This document shows positions 28,787-33,991 of a stretch of 33,991 nt of DNA, one piece after another. Each line of letters begins with the position of its first letter. The first letter of the stretch is position 1. The stretch is from positions 1 through 33,991 of the forward strand of contig JBGUET010000001.1 of assembly GCA_041821225.1 (NCBI GenBank), in the 5' to 3' direction. The translations under genes and the position numbers were made by a program. The notes under the pieces were generated by a model that searched no databases, had not been told where the DNA came from, and saw only the letters and a list, made by a program, of their open reading frames with translations. Source of the DNA: Sedimentibacter sp. Lineage in GTDB: Bacteria; Bacillota; Clostridia; Tissierellales; Sedimentibacteraceae.

Positions 28787-29539
28787 ATGAAAGAAGTAAT
28801 TATTAAAGCAACAGATTTATGTAAGAATTTCAAAACTGGCTCAACTTTTCAAAAGGTATTAAAGAATATCAATGTAGAAATTTATAAAGGAGATTTTACC
28901 GTTATCATGGGGAGCAGTGGATCAGGAAAGTCTACTTTGCTTTATGCACTGAGCTATATGGATAAGCCAACACATGGAACAATTGAACTCGCTGGCAAAC
29001 AGGTAAAATATAGGGACAAAGAACTGGCAAAAGTACATAGTTCTGAAATATCTTTTGTCTTTCAGAATAGCAACCTTTTACCAGATTTAACGGGATTTGA
29101 AAATATTGCCTATCCAGCATATATGGTAGATTCTAAACAGAGTGCTAATAAAGATACAGAAGAAATCTTAAAAAAATTTGATATTGAATCTATACGTGAT
29201 AAATATCCTAATGAAATGTCAGGTGGACAGCAGCAGAGAGTTGCCGTTGCAAGAGCGTTGATTAGGAATCCAAATATAGTTTTTGCTGATGAACCCACTG
29301 GAGCATTAAATTCAAGCGCAGGAGTTCAGGTATTAGACCTACTTACACAAATCAATACATCTGGTCAGTCAATTGTTATGGTTACGCATGACATAAAGGC
29401 TTGTGCTAGAGGAAATAGGTTGATATTTTTATCAGACGGACAAATCGGTACAGAACTTGATTTAGGAAAATACACTTCGGATAAGCAGCACGAGAGGGAA
29501 GAAACAATATTTAAATTTTTAAAGAAAAATAACTGGTAG
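28787..29539 (+). CDS. ABC transporter ATP-binding protein, LolD/MacB-like
   Basis: Walker A GSSGSGKS, signature MSGGQQQR, Walker B FADEPTGAL, VTHD. Confidence 0.95.
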   Translation: MKEVIIKATDLCKNFKTGSTFQKVLKNINVEIYKGDFTVIMGSSGSGKSTLLYALSYMDKPTHGTIELAGKQVKYRDKELAKVHSSEISFVFQNSNLLPDLTGFENIAYPAYMVDSKQSANKDTEEILKKFDIESIRDKYPNEMSGGQQQRVAVARALIRNPNIVFADEPTGALNSSAGVQVLDLLTQINTSGQSIVMVTHDIKACARGNRLIFLSDGQIGTELDLGKYTSDKQHEREETIFKFLKKNNW

Positions 29540-29597
29540 ATAGGGAACAACAAAGTGCAAATAATGATTTATCTCAAATGAGGGAGGAGGTGTTACT

Positions 29598-30785
29598 ATA
29601 AAAAAGATTTTATTTTTCTGTGAAGGTATCGCACTTTCACATACTATTAGACCTTTATTTCTGGCATCCTGTCTTGATGAAAAAGAATACGAATATAAAA
29701 TTGCAACAAGCAAAGACTATGAGAAAATTGTCGGAGTGAAGTATCTGGAAATCCCTAGTCTGAATGCAGAAGAATTTGAAGAAAAAACAAACTTGAAAAA
29801 ACATGATTCTGTATATGATAAGGAATTACTGCAGAATTATATAAATTCTGAATTGAAATTAATGAAAGAATACAAACCAGATTTAATTGTAGGAGATATG
29901 CGAATTTCTTTAGGAATTTCATCCAAAATTGCAAAAATACCATATATAAATATTCAGAACGCTTATTGGAGCCCTTTCACGGAAGCTCAAAAAATGATGC
30001 CTGATATTTCATTTGCTAAATTTTTAAGTTATAAATGGCAGAAGATAATATTTGATAAAAAGTTTCCGTTAATCAATGCTAATTTTATTTATGGGTATAA
30101 TGCTTTACGTAGTAAATACGGATTTCACAAAATCAGAACTATGGAAGAAATGTATTCTGGTGGGGATATGAACTTATATCTAGATATCCCAATGATTGCG
30201 CCTACGTCGCATTTGCAAAACAACAACAAATACATTGGACCGGTTACGGGTTTTGTAAATATTTCAATGCCTGCTTGGTGGAAGGATATAGACAAAGATA
30301 AGAAAATTATATATTGTTCTTTAGGGTCAACAGGAAGCGTTAAAAAAATGAAATTGATTATCAAAGCGTTAAAAAAAATTGATGCTATTATTATTCTTGT
30401 CACAACTGGAAGAATGGCACAAAAAAAACTGCCTACAAATTTTTATGTTTGTGATTATTTTCCAGTTGCTGAAGTAATGGAAAAAATCGACCTTGTGATT
30501 TGTAATGGAGGTGGGACTGTGTATCAGGCGTTAGCAGGTGAAACACCAGTTTTAGCAACTCCGACAAATTTAGATCAGATGTTAGCGTGTTATGCACTGG
30601 AAAAAAAACATGTTGGTTTGGTATTAAAGTACAGGGATATGAAAAAGAGAAAGATTCGTAAAGCTGTGGAAGATTTATTGAAAAATGGGTTATATAAAGA
30701 CGGATTAAAAAAAGCAAAAGAACAAATAAATTCTTATAACACCAAGGAGTTATTTTGTCTTTGTGTTAGAAAAATGTTGACTTAA
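29598..30785 (+). CDS. GT-B glycosyltransferase resembling mycobacterial PGL/p-HBAD rhamnosyltransferases; probable ATA start (395 aa)
   Basis: The frame extends 46 codons upstream of GTG 29736 to ATA 29598, 5 nt after AGGAGGTG, and adds KKILFFCEGIALSHTIRPL (putative catalytic His). Also PDLIVGDMRISL, NAYWSP, IYCSLGSTG, ICNGG, NLDQ. Confidence 0.88.
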   Translation: MKKILFFCEGIALSHTIRPLFLASCLDEKEYEYKIATSKDYEKIVGVKYLEIPSLNAEEFEEKTNLKKHDSVYDKELLQNYINSELKLMKEYKPDLIVGDMRISLGISSKIAKIPYINIQNAYWSPFTEAQKMMPDISFAKFLSYKWQKIIFDKKFPLINANFIYGYNALRSKYGFHKIRTMEEMYSGGDMNLYLDIPMIAPTSHLQNNNKYIGPVTGFVNISMPAWWKDIDKDKKIIYCSLGSTGSVKKMKLIIKALKKIDAIIILVTTGRMAQKKLPTNFYVCDYFPVAEVMEKIDLVICNGGGTVYQALAGETPVLATPTNLDQMLACYALEKKHVGLVLKYRDMKKRKIRKAVEDLLKNGLYKDGLKKAKEQINSYNTKELFCLCVRKMLT

Positions 30786-30903
30786 CTAATGTTAACAGTA
30801 TTTTCTTACTGCTAGGAAAATTGAATTTTTGAATAGTCATTTTAGTTGCTGGGAAATACTAATAAATTGACTATTAAACTTATTATATGAGGAGAGACAC
30901 ATA

Positions 30904-32031
30904 ATGCTAAAAAATGTATTGATAACTGGTGGAGCCGGATTTATTGGGTCCAGTATCGCATTGAAACTAGTAGATAAAGGATATAACGTGAGAGTTATGG
31001 ATAATCTTTCACCACAAATTCATGGAGAAAATGCATCGCTTCCTAAAAAGTTGATAGGAAAAGTTGATTTTATTAAAGGGGACGTTCGAAGTACAAAGGA
31101 CTGGAAAAGAGCAATTGATGGACAAAATGCAGTAATTCATCTGGCTGCAGAGACAGGAACAGGGCAGTCTATGTATGAAATATTTCATTACTGTGATAGC
31201 AATATTGGAGGAACTGCAAAATTTATGGATATTTTGGCAAATGAAAAACATTCAATAAAAAGAGTAGTAATTGCAACATCACGGGCTATTTATGGTGAAG
31301 GAATGTACAGATGTAAGGAACATGATTTAGTATATCCTGAAGCAAGAAATGATGAGGATATGGCTAAAGGTGATTTTGAGTGTAAATGTACTATCTGTAA
31401 AAAAGATGTTGAGATATGTAAGACTAAGGAAAACACATTAATTCATCCTACTTCAATTTATGGAATCACAAAGCAGGTTCAAGAGCAATTGGTGATGGTT
31501 ACATGTCATTCACTTGGAATTCCAGCAATTTCTTTTCGTTATCAAAATGTGTATGGACCTGGTCAGTCTTTGTCAAATCCATACACAGGAATTATTTCTA
31601 TATTTTCTACAAGAATTAGAAATGGAAAGGACATCAACATATTTGAAGATGGTAAAGAATCAAGAGACTTTGTTTTCATTGATGATGTTGCAAATATTAC
31701 AATCGAAGGACTTGAACGTGAAGATATCACATATGAATCTTTCAATGTTGGAAGCGGGGTTATGACTTCTGTTAATGAAGTAGTCGAAGCATTAGAATTG
31801 TCTTATGGTAAAAATGTCAAAATTGAAATAACTGGCAACTATAGAGTTGGTGATATTAGACATAACTATGCTGATATCAGTAAAACCGAAAAATTATTAG
31901 GATATAAGCCAATGACTGATTTCAAAACTGGTATTAAGAGATTTACGGATTGGGTTTTGACTCAGGATGAAACCAATGATGGGTATGAAGCATCCTTAAA
32001 AGAGATGGAAGATAAGGGCTTGCTTAAATAG
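30904..32031 (+). CDS. NAD-dependent NDP-sugar epimerase/dehydratase, WbiB-like (dTDP-L-rhamnose 4-epimerase family)
   Basis: TGGAGFIG; YGITK (YxxxK); family-typical DNLSPQIH, HLAAETGTGQS, SRAIYGEG, NVYGPGQSLSNPYTGI; Cys-rich insert; GAGGAG RBS. Confidence 0.88.
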   Translation: MLKNVLITGGAGFIGSSIALKLVDKGYNVRVMDNLSPQIHGENASLPKKLIGKVDFIKGDVRSTKDWKRAIDGQNAVIHLAAETGTGQSMYEIFHYCDSNIGGTAKFMDILANEKHSIKRVVIATSRAIYGEGMYRCKEHDLVYPEARNDEDMAKGDFECKCTICKKDVEICKTKENTLIHPTSIYGITKQVQEQLVMVTCHSLGIPAISFRYQNVYGPGQSLSNPYTGIISIFSTRIRNGKDINIFEDGKESRDFVFIDDVANITIEGLEREDITYESFNVGSGVMTSVNEVVEALELSYGKNVKIEITGNYRVGDIRHNYADISKTEKLLGYKPMTDFKTGIKRFTDWVLTQDETNDGYEASLKEMEDKGLLK

Positions 32032-32113
32032 GTGAGCCATTTTTATTTTAAAGGTTCTATATGTAGTTTGATTTTTATTGGTAACAAATAATTCAGAAAG
32101 AGGATTATAAACT

Positions 32114-32812
32114 ATGATTAAGATATATGCAATAAACATAAACTTTAAATTATCTTCGACTACATGGAATGATTTTCTTGACATAATTTCAAAAGATCGA
32201 AAAAAAAAAATAAATAATTATTATTTTGAAAAAGACAAAAAACACTGCATATATGCAGAATTGATTTTAAGATATTCACTATTAAAAGAGTATAACATCA
32301 ATGATAAAGAACTGGAAATTGAGTATAACCAATATGGGAAACCTAAATTAAAAAAATATAAGAATATTTATTTTAATATATCTCATTCTGGAAATTGGGT
32401 GGTTTGTGCATTAGGAAAATGGGAAATAGGAGTGGATGTAGAAAAAATTGATACCTTATCCTTAAATGTCGCTAAAAATATTTTTACCAAAATGGAATAT
32501 AATAATTTAATTCTTTGCAGGGAAAACCCGGAAGAATTGTTTTATAAATTATGGACTTTAAAGGAAAGTTATGTAAAAGCTATTGGAAAGGGGCTTCAAA
32601 TTCCCTTTTCTGTTTTGGAATTTAGATTTTCAAATCAAACAATTTATTTCTATACAAATAGTACTTTGAATAATCAATATGATTTTGTTACATATAAAAT
32701 TGACCAAATGCATCGTGTGTCCATATGTTCATTATCGTCCCCAATTCCTCTATGTGAAAATTTTTGTAAAAAAATAATTAAGCCTGAACAAATAATAGAA
32801 TTTGCTCGATAA
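32114..32812 (+). CDS. Sfp-type 4'-phosphopantetheinyl transferase
   Basis: YGKP, FNISHSG, IGVDVE, WTLKESYVKAIGKGL. Confidence 0.95.
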   Translation: MIKIYAININFKLSSTTWNDFLDIISKDRKKKINNYYFEKDKKHCIYAELILRYSLLKEYNINDKELEIEYNQYGKPKLKKYKNIYFNISHSGNWVVCALGKWEIGVDVEKIDTLSLNVAKNIFTKMEYNNLILCRENPEELFYKLWTLKESYVKAIGKGLQIPFSVLEFRFSNQTIYFYTNSTLNNQYDFVTYKIDQMHRVSICSLSSPIPLCENFCKKIIKPEQIIEFAR

Positions 32813-32964
32813 TATCTTATATATAATAATGGAGAAATATAAATTGATTTTATAAAATATAGATAAATATAATAGCAAGTAGATAGAACTTTTTTTGAAA
32901 CAGACGTGAAATCCAGATGAAGTTGTTGAAAAAAATTTGATAATTAGAAACTCTAACGTGAAGT

Positions 32965-33005
32965 AATAATCATATCAATTTAATCTGATATGATTGTTTT
33001 TTTTT
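32965..33005 (+). terminator. Rho-independent terminator; right boundary of the cluster
   Basis: 13-bp stem AATAATCATATCA (32965-32977) / TGATATGATTGTT (32986-32998) with one G-U pair, 8-nt loop, T run to 33005. Confidence 0.85.
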
Positions 33006-33306
33006 CATCGATAAAAGTTGATAAATTAAATTCAAAATACAAATTTAGCAATAATTTGATATTTATAGGTCTAGGATATATAATTTAGTAAATGAATTGA
33101 ATATAATTGGCTATTTCAATGTAATTAGTAGTTACAAGACATCATTTTCAAGTTCGGCCTAATAGTAGTTTGAATAAATATCTTATAGTGAAAAAGATGG
33201 TTAAAATGGAAAATATCATAATAGGAACAGTTTTCGTATATGTAAAAACTGAAACTACCTGGACTATGGACATGATATATAACCAGCAAACAATTGGTCT
33301 GCATGG

Positions 33307-33793
33307 GTGAAAATGAATTGGAATTCAGATAAAACTCTCAAAAATATGTTGTGGATGTTAATCTCTCTATTTTTGCCTGTGGTTATAATCTTAATTTCAT
33401 CTCTCATAATATCTTCCATAGGAAATCAATTTATAATTTGGAAAGATACTTTGTCAGGATATGTTATTACAATTGTTCTTGCTATACTCGGATGTATTAC
33501 TGAAGAAATTGGATGGAGAGGCTATTTGTTACCTAAATTTGCAGAAAATCATAATATGTTTTTCGATTTTTATGGCATGGATATATATGAAAACTAAAGG
33601 GAATTTATGGTATATGATATTATTTCATTTTGGAGTTAATATAGGTTCTGTCACACTTCTTCGAAATAGAGAAGGTGTTTTGTTTTACGGTTTAGCAACC
33701 AGTATATGTATATTGATTTGTATTCCTATAGTTTTCAAGAACAAAAATGAATTCTTCAATAAAGGATTTAACAATATTACGGCAACAATATAA
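33307..33793 (+). pseudogene. Disrupted CPBP (CAAX protease/Abi) intramembrane metalloprotease
   Basis: EEIGWRGYLLP lies in one frame (33307-33597) and ILFHFGVN (HxxxN) in another (to 33793); the intervening FxxxH motif region is missing. Confidence 0.8.
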
Positions 33794-33837
33794 AATACAA
33801 ATCAAAGAAAATCAACATAATAAGTGGAGGTAGTAAA

Positions 33838-33991
33838 GTGGAAATAATAGATTCTCATACTCACATTGGGAAATTTGGACAATGGAACTGTTTATGTGAA
33901 ATGTTAATAACTTCCATGAATAAATTTGGAGTAAGTAAAGGGATTGTATCAACTATAAACGGAAATGAATTTGATTATGAATTAAATATAG
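33838..33991 (+). CDS. Amidohydrolase-family (TIM-barrel metallohydrolase) protein, 5' part only
   Basis: GGAGG at 33826-33830, GTG at 33838; MEIIDSHTHIG carries the DxHxH metal motif; frame stays open to the window end. Not in the ORF track. Confidence 0.8.
   Translation, partial: MEIIDSHTHIGKFGQWNCLCEMLITSMNKFGVSKGIVSTINGNEFDYELNI

Noticed and set aside
167-32184. All minus-strand ORFs and the short alternate-frame plus ORFs (17293, 19018, 31514) in the ORF track
   Set aside because: They overlap well-supported genes and show no recognisable motifs; typical shadow ORFs.
33838-33991. Amidohydrolase as a tailoring or resistance enzyme of the cluster
   Set aside because: It lies beyond the strong terminator and a pseudogene, and is truncated by the window; no link can be shown.
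1-33991. CRISPR arrays, IS elements/integrases, tRNA/rRNA, riboswitches
   Set aside because: No repeat-spacer periodicity, transposase ORF, terminal repeats or recognisable structured-RNA motifs seen by eye; internal similarity is explained by paralogous KS/C/A domains.

Overview
Low-GC, clostridial-type DNA, with every credible gene on the + strand. About 32 kb of it (roughly 831-33005, bracketed by two clear Rho-independent terminators) is one apparently complete hybrid PKS-NRPS cluster. Gene order: an orphan accD-accA pair; PKS (acyl-AMP ligase-ACP-KS-AT-DH-KR-ACP); PKS/NRPS (KS-dead AT-ACP-C-A-T-C-A-T-E); NRPS (C-A-T-terminal C); type II thioesterase; ABC exporter (permease + ATPase); glycosyltransferase; WbiB-like NDP-sugar epimerase; Sfp-type PPTase. 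Hand-read adenylation codes predict Leu - D-Phe - Val/Ile on a 3-oxo-4-enoyl acyl chain. Release is probably by the terminal C domain, and the product probably carries a 6-deoxyhexose, making it a candidate glycopeptidolipid. I do not recognise it as a characterised cluster but cannot search to confirm. Notable details: the glycosyltransferase appears to start at ATA and is truncated in the ORF track; A1 looks like a natural Phe-to-Leu (T278L/A301G) switch; module 2 carries the footprint of a lost aminotransferase. Flanks hold a hypothetical membrane-anchored protein, a broken CPBP/CAAX protease gene and the start of an amidohydrolase. All family assignments come from motif recognition by eye; domain boundaries are approximate.
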